DNA from: a virus | Taxonomy: Duplodnaviria; Caudoviricetes | Strand: one strand, 5' to 3' | Length of the DNA stretch: 64,000 nucleotides | Virus record (IMG/VR): IMGVR_UViG_3300021387_001019 | Span: 36,934 to 100,933 of that record | Shown here: positions 41,674-50,663 of the stretch, piece after piece | Layout: each line of letters opens with the position of its first letter | Numbering within the stretch: the stretch's first letter is position 1 | Position numbers and translations under genes: made by a program | The notes under the pieces: model-generated | Told to the model about the DNA's origin: nothing | Database searches by the model: none | The model's input: the letters and a program-made list of their open reading frames with translations, nothing else

Positions 41674-42237
41674 CAAACAAAATAATAAAGAGAGGTAATA
41701 AATATGACGGAAAATATGGAGAATAAGATTAAAGAAGTAACAAAAATCACTGCTACACAGGCAAGAGAAGCGACTGATAAGTATCTTAGAGAGCATGATG
41801 CGAAGAAAAATGAGGAGGAACTTAACAGTGTGTATCTTGCAGTTGCAGAGGCATCTTCACAAGGACGTAGGAAAACAAAGATTGACCATGTTCTTTCCCA
41901 GTGGACGATTGATAAACTGAAAGAGGATGGTTATAAAATCAATTATATATTCGATTCTATCGCCGACATTTTCTGGTATGATAGCATTTGGAAAACAGCA
42001 AAAACACTGATTGAATGGTAATGGTTTGAAACGACATTTTCATCGGATATAAATGTTGCCATGCTCAAATGGCTGCGGTGCGAATGTAGAGTGAACATGA
42101 AAGTATAAGGACATTCGCACTGAAATTTAATATCATATCTGATATGATGTTTTATCTATATTAAAAATGATTTATTATTTTATCGTACATTGACAAATGA
42201 AATAATTAAAATGCACGAAATGTTGTGTGTTTTTGCT

Positions 42238-42610
42238 GATACATTTCGTGTATATGCGTAAACACCAAACCTGTTTGGATCTTCGAGACACGCTTGATGA
42301 CTTTGCGATACATTTCGTGTATATGCGTAAACACCAAACAAGCGAGCCGTTTCAATCCCTTCTTTAGTCATCGATGCATTTCGTGCGTGTGCGTAAATAC
42401 CAAACGTAAGTTCTTTCATGATTTGTATCTCTCTTTTCATGATGCATTTTGTGCATATGCGTAAACACCAAACCGTATGACCCATGCAGTAGAGGCAAAA
42501 GCGGTTGCGATGCATTTCGTACTAGTGCGTAAACACCAAACTTTTTAAGCTTCTTTTGTGCTTCTTTTAAAATTGATGCATTTCGTATATGCTGAATAAA
42601 ATTACCAGAC
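42238..42610 (+). CRISPR. CRISPR array: five 33-bp repeats plus one degenerate terminal repeat; five spacers of 36, 33, 35, 35 and 33 bp
   Basis: Repeats at 42238, 42307, 42373, 42441 and 42509 (first two: GATACATTTCGTGTATATGCGTAAACACCAAAC). Degenerate copy at 42575-42610. AT-rich leader on the left. Confidence 0.95.
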
Positions 42611-42709
42611 TCTGTTTGGTTGAATATTGCAACAATATTCTGAAGTCTGTAGTAAACAGACAAAGCCAATATAGTGAGGGGAAACCACTCACTAAAGTTT
42701 ACGCTTTTT
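42611..42709 (+). ncRNA. Predicted tracrRNA between the array and the cas12 gene
   Basis: Split anti-repeat GTTTGGT (42614-42620) and GTTTACGC (42697-42704) complementary to the repeat 3' half GCGTAAAC-ACCAAAC; three hairpins between them; ends in a T-tract. Confidence 0.75.
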
Positions 42710-42723
42710 ATAGGAGGTTAAAA

Positions 42724-44478
42724 TTGAAGAATAAAGAATTTACCAATGCATTAACAAGACACATTAGATTAATTCCTGAAGTTGCGGATGATATTAAAAA
42801 TGATGAAAATATTTTCAAAAAGTATCTTGATGAAAGATATGAATATATTAGAAATGGCAGATATGCCGGAAATAAAGGATTCAATTTAGTCCTTTCCGCT
42901 ACTTCGAGAGCAAAATATCTTGGGCAGAGTCAGGATGAGATTGGTGAGATATTTTATTCGTATAGTCATAGCGGGAATGATGTTGTTTCGGGATTTAGCG
43001 TAGATAAATTAAAATACTTAAAACAACTGGCACCGATTACAGAAGAAGTAATTCAGAATGAATTGAAAAAATATAAAAGCGCAATAAAACGAAACAAAAA
43101 AAATGATGGAGATGAACTAACGAAAACTGATAAAAAGAAAATTGAAGCTGAAGAAAAGAAATTAAGAAAATTTCTTGATGCAACAGAAGAAGATATTCAG
43201 TTTGAAATAAATAAAAAACAACAATACAACAAGTTCCCGGAAGATTTAAATGATAAATGGATGAATGGATGTAAGCAGCCACAGAGAATCGTTAAAAGAG
43301 TTGAGGACTTTTGGAAAAGTTCGTTAGGCGACGATGTTTTGGCTGGCAGATCTTCTTTGCCAATTAGAAGACTTGACGCACCAATCATTCTTCCAAAAGA
43401 TTTATTTTATGATTCAAACAAAAAAACATTTACTGGACTGTATCATAATTATGGTGATTTAACTAAAAAAATATTAACAGATAAAAATCCAGAGGTGTTT
43501 TTAAAGTTGCCATATAAAAAAGATGCACCACCTATGGTTTTTAAAATGGATCTTGGCTATAAGCCAAATAACGTTGTTAGAGATTTTATATATAAAATTT
43601 TTATTGGTGAAATTGAAATCATGGACTGCCAGATGAATTTTACAGAAAACAAAAAGACTCACAAAGATACTGATTTGACTTTATTTTTAACTGGAGAAAT
43701 TCTTAAAAAGAAAGAACATAACCTTGATTATGATAAAGTTATGGGGATTGATTTGGGGTGGAATAATCCTGTAAGCTGGGCTGTGAATTATGACACTTTT
43801 ACACATGATTTTTTAGGCGATATTGAATATAAGAATAAGAAACTTGCAAAAATAGACAAAGAAATTAATGATTTAAGAAAAAGTGTTGCCGATCATGCAA
43901 AGGGCGGTCATGGCTATAAAAGAAAGTGTGAGGCGCTCTTAAAAGCAAAATCATATAAGAGAAATTTTAACAAAACATTTAATGACAGATTAAGTTCTAA
44001 AGTTATACAAACATGTATAAAATTAGGAATTGGAACTATTAAAATGGAAGATCTTTCTGATATTGGAAAGAAAATTAATGGTAAAGGGATATCAAAAGAT
44101 GATGATGAGTTTAAGAATAAAATTATGGCAAACTGGTGTTATTACGAATTACAGCAGATGATTCAATATAAAGCAGCTTTAAACGGAATTGAAGTGTATT
44201 ATATTAATCCCGCATATACATCTCAAACATGTGCATTTTGTGGGCAGAGGGGTATTCGTGGTGTATTTGATAAAAATGGAAAAATGATAGATTCGTCTAA
44301 ATTTTTTTGCATACATGATTTATGTGAAAGCCATAAGATTAATTGGAAAAATGGTGCAATTAATGCTGATAGAAATGCAGCGATGGTTATTGCTAAATCT
44401 GAGGATTATGTGGGAAGTCGTAATGAAGGTCTTTGGAGAAGGAATGTGGGCAAAGATATTAATAAAAATATCGCCTGA
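42724..44478 (+). CDS. cas12f: Compact type V CRISPR effector, Cas12f/TnpB-like (~584 aa)
   Basis: RuvC-I MGIDLG, RuvC-II IKMEDLS, YINPAYTSQTCAFCG, FFCIHDLC, RuvC-III NADRNAA. TTG start after GGAGG (42713-42717), in frame with the track ORF. Subtype assignment is tentative. Confidence 0.88.
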   Translation: MKNKEFTNALTRHIRLIPEVADDIKNDENIFKKYLDERYEYIRNGRYAGNKGFNLVLSATSRAKYLGQSQDEIGEIFYSYSHSGNDVVSGFSVDKLKYLKQLAPITEEVIQNELKKYKSAIKRNKKNDGDELTKTDKKKIEAEEKKLRKFLDATEEDIQFEINKKQQYNKFPEDLNDKWMNGCKQPQRIVKRVEDFWKSSLGDDVLAGRSSLPIRRLDAPIILPKDLFYDSNKKTFTGLYHNYGDLTKKILTDKNPEVFLKLPYKKDAPPMVFKMDLGYKPNNVVRDFIYKIFIGEIEIMDCQMNFTENKKTHKDTDLTLFLTGEILKKKEHNLDYDKVMGIDLGWNNPVSWAVNYDTFTHDFLGDIEYKNKKLAKIDKEINDLRKSVADHAKGGHGYKRKCEALLKAKSYKRNFNKTFNDRLSSKVIQTCIKLGIGTIKMEDLSDIGKKINGKGISKDDDEFKNKIMANWCYYELQQMIQYKAALNGIEVYYINPAYTSQTCAFCGQRGIRGVFDKNGKMIDSSKFFCIHDLCESHKINWKNGAINADRNAAMVIAKSEDYVGSRNEGLWRRNVGKDINKNIA

Positions 44479-44541
44479 TGAAAAATCACTTTCATTGGAA
44501 AATAACAAATAAAATAATAAATAATTAAGGAGTGTAATATT

Positions 44542-45378
44542 ATGCCAGTGCATGATCAGATTGGTATTCGTATGAAAGAATACTACGAACAAATCCCTAA
44601 AACAAAACTTATGCGCCGTTGCCCGGTTGTTTGCCGGGTTGACGGCAAGTCATTCCATAGTTTCACTAAAGGGTTTAAAAAACCATTTGATGAATTATTA
44701 ATCCAGTCTATGCAGGAAACAATGAAATACCTATGTGAAAACATCCAAGGATGTGTACTTGGGTATCAGCAAAGCGATGAGATAAGCTTGTTACTTATTG
44801 ATTATAAAACCTTAGAATCACAGGCATTCTTTGATTATGAAGTCCAAAAGATATGTAGCATTACTGCCTCGATGGCAACGATGGCGTTCAATAGATTTTT
44901 AACAAATAATTATCAACAGTGGATTAAAGAAACTATTCCAGAAGATAAATTAATGGAATCTTCAAACTTACTTAATTATAAAGAGGAATTGATACTTAGT
45001 ACAGTTTATTTTAAAGCAATAGATAAAGGCGCAATGTTTGATGCACGCTGCTTTAATATTCCAAAAGAAGAGGTAACAAACTATTTCTACTGGCGACAGC
45101 TTGATGCAACACGCAATTCAATCCAGATGGTTGGTCAGGCAAATTTCAGTCATAAAGAACTTCAGAATAAATCTTGTAATGAGATCCAGGATATGCTTCA
45201 TGAACAAAGGGGTATTAACTGGAATGATTTCCCCGTGTATCAAAAGCGCGGAAGTTGCTGTATCAAAGTTAATGAACTCGTAAATGATACAATTAGAGGT
45301 AAATGGATTATTGATAAGAAAATTCCGATTTTCAAGGATAACGGCAGAGAATATATTGATCAGTATGTTCTTATATGA
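44542..45378 (+). CDS. tRNA(His) guanylyltransferase Thg1-like protein (3'-5' polymerase)
   Basis: RMKEYYE, RVDGKSFHSFT, YQQSDEIS, FDAR, WRQLDATRNS. Confidence 0.93.
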   Translation: MPVHDQIGIRMKEYYEQIPKTKLMRRCPVVCRVDGKSFHSFTKGFKKPFDELLIQSMQETMKYLCENIQGCVLGYQQSDEISLLLIDYKTLESQAFFDYEVQKICSITASMATMAFNRFLTNNYQQWIKETIPEDKLMESSNLLNYKEELILSTVYFKAIDKGAMFDARCFNIPKEEVTNYFYWRQLDATRNSIQMVGQANFSHKELQNKSCNEIQDMLHEQRGINWNDFPVYQKRGSCCIKVNELVNDTIRGKWIIDKKIPIFKDNGREYIDQYVLI

Positions 45379-45555
45379 GGATAACAGTTATGATAAGATG
45401 CCCGGTTTGCGGAAGATATCTTCCAGCACATATGGTTTATGATAGAAATAAATGTAGATATTATTGGAAGTGTGTCTGTGGTTATGGTTTAGTTACCGAT
45501 CGGGCAGGTTTGTCCGGCATGGATGTGGTTAATAGATATCATTTGGAGGTTAAAA

Positions 45556-47475
45556 ATGTCAAGGATAAATGAAATATTAAAAACAATAAAGAAAGCAAAA
45601 AATGATTACTACTTAACAGGAAGAAGCGAACTAACTGACAAACAATATGATGACCTTGTATCTGAAGCTGAAAGACTTGGTTATCATGAAGATGTTGGTA
45701 CTGCTCCAGCGAACAATATTGACAAAATCCAACATGAACATCAGATGTTGTCATTAAATAAAGCACATACAAATGAAGAAGTAAAGAAATTTATTAATAA
45801 CCATGATTTCGTAATCATGTATAAAGCAGATGGTTTAAGTATCTCAGCAACATATATTGACGGAGCACTTACTCGTCTTGAAACTCGTGGCGATGGTAGC
45901 ACAGGAAATGATGTAATGTTTCACGCAAATTCATTTATCAATTTGCCCAAGTATATTGAAAAACCAGGTAAATATGTTATTGATGGCGAATGTGTGATTT
46001 TATATGAAGATTTTGAAAAAATAAACAGCAAACTTGCTGACTCGGAAAAATATAGTAATCCACGAAATTTAGCTGCTGGATCGTTAAATCAGTTAGACCC
46101 TAATGTTTCTAAGAAAAGATATTTGAGATTTTATGCGTGGGATGTTATTGAAGGTGGATGTAGTTCATTGTATGAAAACCTTGAAGAGGCGACAAATCTC
46201 GGTTTTGATACTGTATATCATATGAAAACCAATGATACTGATCATTTAACTGATTTATTTGATATGGTTCGTCTTGCTGCCAGAAATATTGGTTTTCCAA
46301 TTGACGGAGTTGTAATTAAATATGATGACTTAAAATATGGAAAATCGCTTGGAACAACAGGTCGTTATCCTCTTAATGCGGTGGCTTATAAATTTGAAGA
46401 TGATAAATATCCTACGAAATTAATAAGGGTTGAATGGCAGGTTGGCAAAACAAGTCAGATTACTCCGGTTGCCGTTTTTCAACCAGTTGAGATTAGCGGT
46501 AGTGTTGTTGAAAAATGCAGTCTTCATAATTTAACAGTTATGAAAAGCTTGCAATTAACAAATGGCTGTACCGTGTATGTATACAAGGCCAACGATATAA
46601 TTCCGCAAATTGATAGTGCAGAACCAGATGGCAATGGAGAACTTGAAATACCCAGAGTATGTCCCATTTGTGGCGAACCGACAAAAGTAGTTAAAGACAA
46701 TGATTCAGAAATACTGATGTGTGAAAATGATCTTTGCCCAGGAAAGTTACTTGGGCTGTGGAAACATTTCGTCAGCAGAAAAGCGATGAATATTGATGGT
46801 CTATCAGAACAGACATTGAAGTTGCTCCTCACAAAAGGTTTTATAGCAGAACCATTTGTAACTATATATGAATTAAAGAACTATAAAGATGAGTTATATA
46901 AGTTGCCGGGATTCGGCAAGAAATCAGTAGATAATTTATTAAAGTCTATTGAAAAAAGCAAACAAAATGTTGACTTGGTCAACTTCATTACCGCATTCAG
47001 TATCCCTGGAATTGGGGAAGGTCAGTCAAAGATTATTGCAAAGAAGTTCCCGACATTTGATGAGTTCATGAAAGCCTGTGGCGATGGATTCCGCTTTGAT
47101 TCACTTGATGGAATCGGTGAGATACTTAACCGCAACATCCATAAGTGGTGGTTTAATAATAACTATCAAATGATTGATGTCGGAAATCTCATCACGTTTA
47201 AGCAGCCGGAGATTATGAACAAACCGGAAGGTAGTTTTCCATTGGTTGGCAAAACATTTGTAGTAACCGGCAGCGTTCACCATTTTAAGAATCGTGACGA
47301 ACTCAAGGCAAAGATTGAAGAACTTGGTGGCAAGAATTCCGGCTCGGTTAGTAAGAACACGAATTATTTAATTAACAACGATGTTACTTCAACGTCCGGC
47401 AAAAATGCCAAGGCGAAGGAACTTTGTATCCCGATAATTTCGGAAGAAGATTTCTTGAAAATGATTGATGATTAA
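45556..47475 (+). CDS. ligA: NAD+-dependent DNA ligase
   Basis: MLSLNK, KADG, TRGDG, NPRNLAAGS, DGVVIK, AYKF, zinc finger, BRCT; start at the ATG after GGAGG. Confidence 0.95.
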   Translation: MSRINEILKTIKKAKNDYYLTGRSELTDKQYDDLVSEAERLGYHEDVGTAPANNIDKIQHEHQMLSLNKAHTNEEVKKFINNHDFVIMYKADGLSISATYIDGALTRLETRGDGSTGNDVMFHANSFINLPKYIEKPGKYVIDGECVILYEDFEKINSKLADSEKYSNPRNLAAGSLNQLDPNVSKKRYLRFYAWDVIEGGCSSLYENLEEATNLGFDTVYHMKTNDTDHLTDLFDMVRLAARNIGFPIDGVVIKYDDLKYGKSLGTTGRYPLNAVAYKFEDDKYPTKLIRVEWQVGKTSQITPVAVFQPVEISGSVVEKCSLHNLTVMKSLQLTNGCTVYVYKANDIIPQIDSAEPDGNGELEIPRVCPICGEPTKVVKDNDSEILMCENDLCPGKLLGLWKHFVSRKAMNIDGLSEQTLKLLLTKGFIAEPFVTIYELKNYKDELYKLPGFGKKSVDNLLKSIEKSKQNVDLVNFITAFSIPGIGEGQSKIIAKKFPTFDEFMKACGDGFRFDSLDGIGEILNRNIHKWWFNNNYQMIDVGNLITFKQPEIMNKPEGSFPLVGKTFVVTGSVHHFKNRDELKAKIEELGGKNSGSVSKNTNYLINNDVTSTSGKNAKAKELCIPIISEEDFLKMIDD

Positions 47476-48597
47476 TTTAGAAGGAGGCAACTATGAGATG
47501 GAAAGGTTTTATCCATAGCTTTATACCACGAATATATGTGTTGAGAGATGTGGTATTAATCAGGTGGAGATCATATGAATGGATAATTAAGAAAGGAGGG
47601 TAATAGCAATGAAAATATTAAAAAATAATATGGTGGATAAAGAAATAGAAAAAGAAGAACATGATATATTTCCGGTAACAATTGAATGTGAAAATTGTGG
47701 CAGTGAATTGGAACTCGATAAATCAGATATAGATGAAGGATATAATGGGCAACACTGTGTCATATGTCCAGTATGCGGAAAAAAATCTTATTCTATAGAC
47801 GAGATCTATCCCGGAAATGCAATAACAGTTGAAAGTGTGGAATTTCCGAAGCATTTTTACTCATTTGCAGATGGTTCCCATGTTAGTAATAGTAGAATTA
47901 AAGAAGAAATTAAAAGAGCTATTGAATCTTTTCGAGAAGAACCTGAATCATTTTGCTATTCGACTGGTTATGGTGATTTTCATATAACGGTTCTAAACTT
48001 CTCAGGAGACGAAGAGTACAGTATTACAGTTTGCAATAAAGATGGAGTATATGATGCGGAAATTCCATTTGCGAAGGAAGACTATGATGCACAAAAACGT
48101 ATTAACTGGGGATGGACAAATTCACCAACAAGCAATATTGCAACAAAGAAAAATAAAGGAATAGAATGGAAATAATTGTATGAAGAAGTCGTTTAAATAC
48201 AACCACATAGAATTGAACGCCAATGACGATTCGTTTCTGAATACCAAGATAAATTTCACACCAGAAGTCTTCGAATACGATGAGAGTAAAATCCCGTATG
48301 AAGTGATGGAAGTGATATGTGACATATTTCACAAGTGGAGAATGGATTATGTAAGTAGGGCAGGCGTTCGTAACGAAAAAATTAAAAATGAAGAACCGAG
48401 ATTAAAGGCTATACGCAAACAAATTACTGACCTTAAAAAGACGGAACACAAGGCGCAGGTAATATTGAAATGGTTAGGAATTCGTAGAAAAGATGGAATT
48501 CCAGAACCTAAAGGTACTAAGTATGCTAACAGAAGTATTAAGTCTGGTTTAGCAAATGGAATTAATGAAGATGTGGATTTTATTAAGGAGGATAATG

Positions 48598-48852
48598 ATG
48601 AACAATCAGTATGAAAGCACTGATGTTATGGTATCACATCCAAAACACTATCAGAGCAAAAACGGATTGGAAGTAATAGATGTGATTGAAGCATTTACAG
48701 ACGGATTAAATGGTATAGAAGCTACTGATAGTGGCAACATTATTAAATATGTGTGTCGTTGGAAACATAAAAATGGTATACAAGATGTTGAAAAGATAAT
48801 TTGGTATGCTACGCACCTATTAAATTATTTAAAGGAGCATAATTATGAGTGA
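48598..48852 (+). CDS. DUF3310 family protein
   Basis: VSHPKHY...EVIDVI...GNIIKYVCRWKHKNGIQDVEK..WY. Confidence 0.85.
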   Translation: MNNQYESTDVMVSHPKHYQSKNGLEVIDVIEAFTDGLNGIEATDSGNIIKYVCRWKHKNGIQDVEKIIWYATHLLNYLKEHNYE

Positions 48853-49270
48853 GACATTTAGGGTATATTTAGCTGGGCCTTGTAAAAATGAACCAGATGA
48901 AGGTCTTGCATGGAGACAAAAAGCGGTGGAGATTTTTAAACAAGCAACTGAAGAAAAATATTGCAAAGTCAAAGTAATTAATCCTGTGGATTTTTTTACA
49001 TACTCCGAGCATAAGCATCAGAGTGATTCACAGGTTAAGAACTTCTATATGGATCAAATATTTCATTCAAGGGTTATTTTATGTAACTTAAATCGTACTG
49101 AAAATAGTCCAGGGACTGCGCAGGAACTTCAGTTTGCTAAAGATCACAATATACCGATTATTGGTTTTGGCACTGATGATGTATATCCGTGGCTTGTATG
49201 TGATTGTCAGGTTGTGTTCCCGTCAATGCTTCAAGCTATCGATTATATCGTTGATTATTATTTTTCTTAA
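48845..49270 (+). CDS. Nucleoside 2-deoxyribosyltransferase-like protein
   Basis: VYLAGP, VINP, SPGTAQELQFA..NIPII. Confidence 0.75.
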   Translation: MSETFRVYLAGPCKNEPDEGLAWRQKAVEIFKQATEEKYCKVKVINPVDFFTYSEHKHQSDSQVKNFYMDQIFHSRVILCNLNRTENSPGTAQELQFAKDHNIPIIGFGTDDVYPWLVCDCQVVFPSMLQAIDYIVDYYFS

Positions 49271-50634
49271 GAGGTAATAACGATGAGTGATATTAATGAT
49301 ATGTTTGGTGGGATATTCGGTGACATCTTTTTTGGAGAAAGTAATGTGAGTGTTTACGAAGATAATCTAAATGGGTACTGGGAGAGGATGGAAATAGAAA
49401 AATATCATAAACACTTATCAGAACTCAAAAACAAAGGTTACCGTATATATAGAAACTCCGATGGTAAGCATAAAGTAACAAAAGGTTAGGAGGTGAAAAA
49501 AGAATATGGGACTGTCAAATAAATGCGATTTCCAAGACACTGTGGAGATTTTTGGTGCTGACAACATAGTATCTAAGTATAAGATATATATTGGTGATCA
49601 ATTTTTGCCACTGCGTACTGAATCCGAAAAAGATCTCATCCCGTATTATCCATATTTAGTTAGCGTGATGGTATCTGATAAAGATACGGGCGGTGTGATT
49701 AGACTTCATAATAAGTCATTTATTGATGAAGAAGAACAGGAACATATTGGTTGGTACCTGAGAGATACAAAAAGATATTGGCGAAGATGTAAACGCAAAC
49801 ATCAAGAATTTGATGAGGGTGTTGCTTATGACAAAATAAATATTTTTGGAGTTGAACGTCCATATCTGCGAGAAATCATTCGTCGAGTTGCTAAATATGG
49901 CAATAATGCAATAGTTAATGATCTTCATGATACATTTCACGATAGAATGAGAAATGAATGGTATCAACTAATGATTGATGCTGGATGGCCAGAAGAAGAA
50001 AGTTATATATGGGTATATGGATGGGAAAGATGGCTGACCGAGAGGAGAAAAAATGATGAAGAATGTAACAAAGAATGAATTTATTAGATTTATTAACGAG
50101 CAGCCGAATATGCATATGGTATCCGGCAAAACAAAAGATGGTTTTCTACGTACTTATACTAAGAATGGGGAGGTCATTGCCACATGGCTTGAATCTTCAG
50201 CCGGTGACATTTGTGCGGTTGCTGAGTAGAAAGGAATGGTAATATGATTTCGGAAGTAACTGCAAAAATGACATGGGTAGGTGTCCCGCAAAGATTTGGT
50301 GAACAGGGTAAGAAGAAACTTGCTCTTTCGCTAAAAGATATGGTGGGCGCAGATAATATTGAAATTCTCAAATGGGAAAATTACAAAGAGGAAGATGAAG
50401 ACGAAGGCGGTGAACACAGAAAATGAAGTTAAAATGTTTGGAAGATCGCCCCCGTTGGACTGGTGCTTTGGAAGCTATTAAATATGGCTATCAAGAACAT
50501 CCTATTGTAACCACTCCGGCAATTCTATATGCTGTTGTTGTGTATGCGGTATATTTGATCACGCTGCCATTTGCTGCATTGAATGAACTGGTGAGAGAAC
50601 TATAAATTTTTTTGAAATATATTTAATATTTTGC

Positions 50635-50663
50635 TTGCATTTTAGATTAAGATGTGATACAAT
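50635..50663 (+). promoter_or_regulatory. sigmaA-type promoter
   Basis: TTGCAT-17 nt-TACAAT with extended TG. Confidence 0.65.

Noticed and set aside
42589-42723. N-terminal 45 aa of the 629-aa track ORF
   Set aside because: It overlaps the degenerate repeat and the predicted tracrRNA and has no RBS, whereas a GGAGG precedes the in-frame TTG at 42724.
42724-44478. IS200/IS605 TnpB transposon
   Set aside because: There is no adjacent tnpA (Y1 or serine) gene, the protein is larger than typical TnpB, and it sits beside a CRISPR array with a matching anti-repeat.
44542-45378. Thg1 as a Cas12-associated accessory gene
   Set aside because: It is separated from cas12 by a boundary palindrome (44479) and its own operator-like motif (44505). 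Thg1-like genes occur in large phages independently, so adjacency alone is insufficient.
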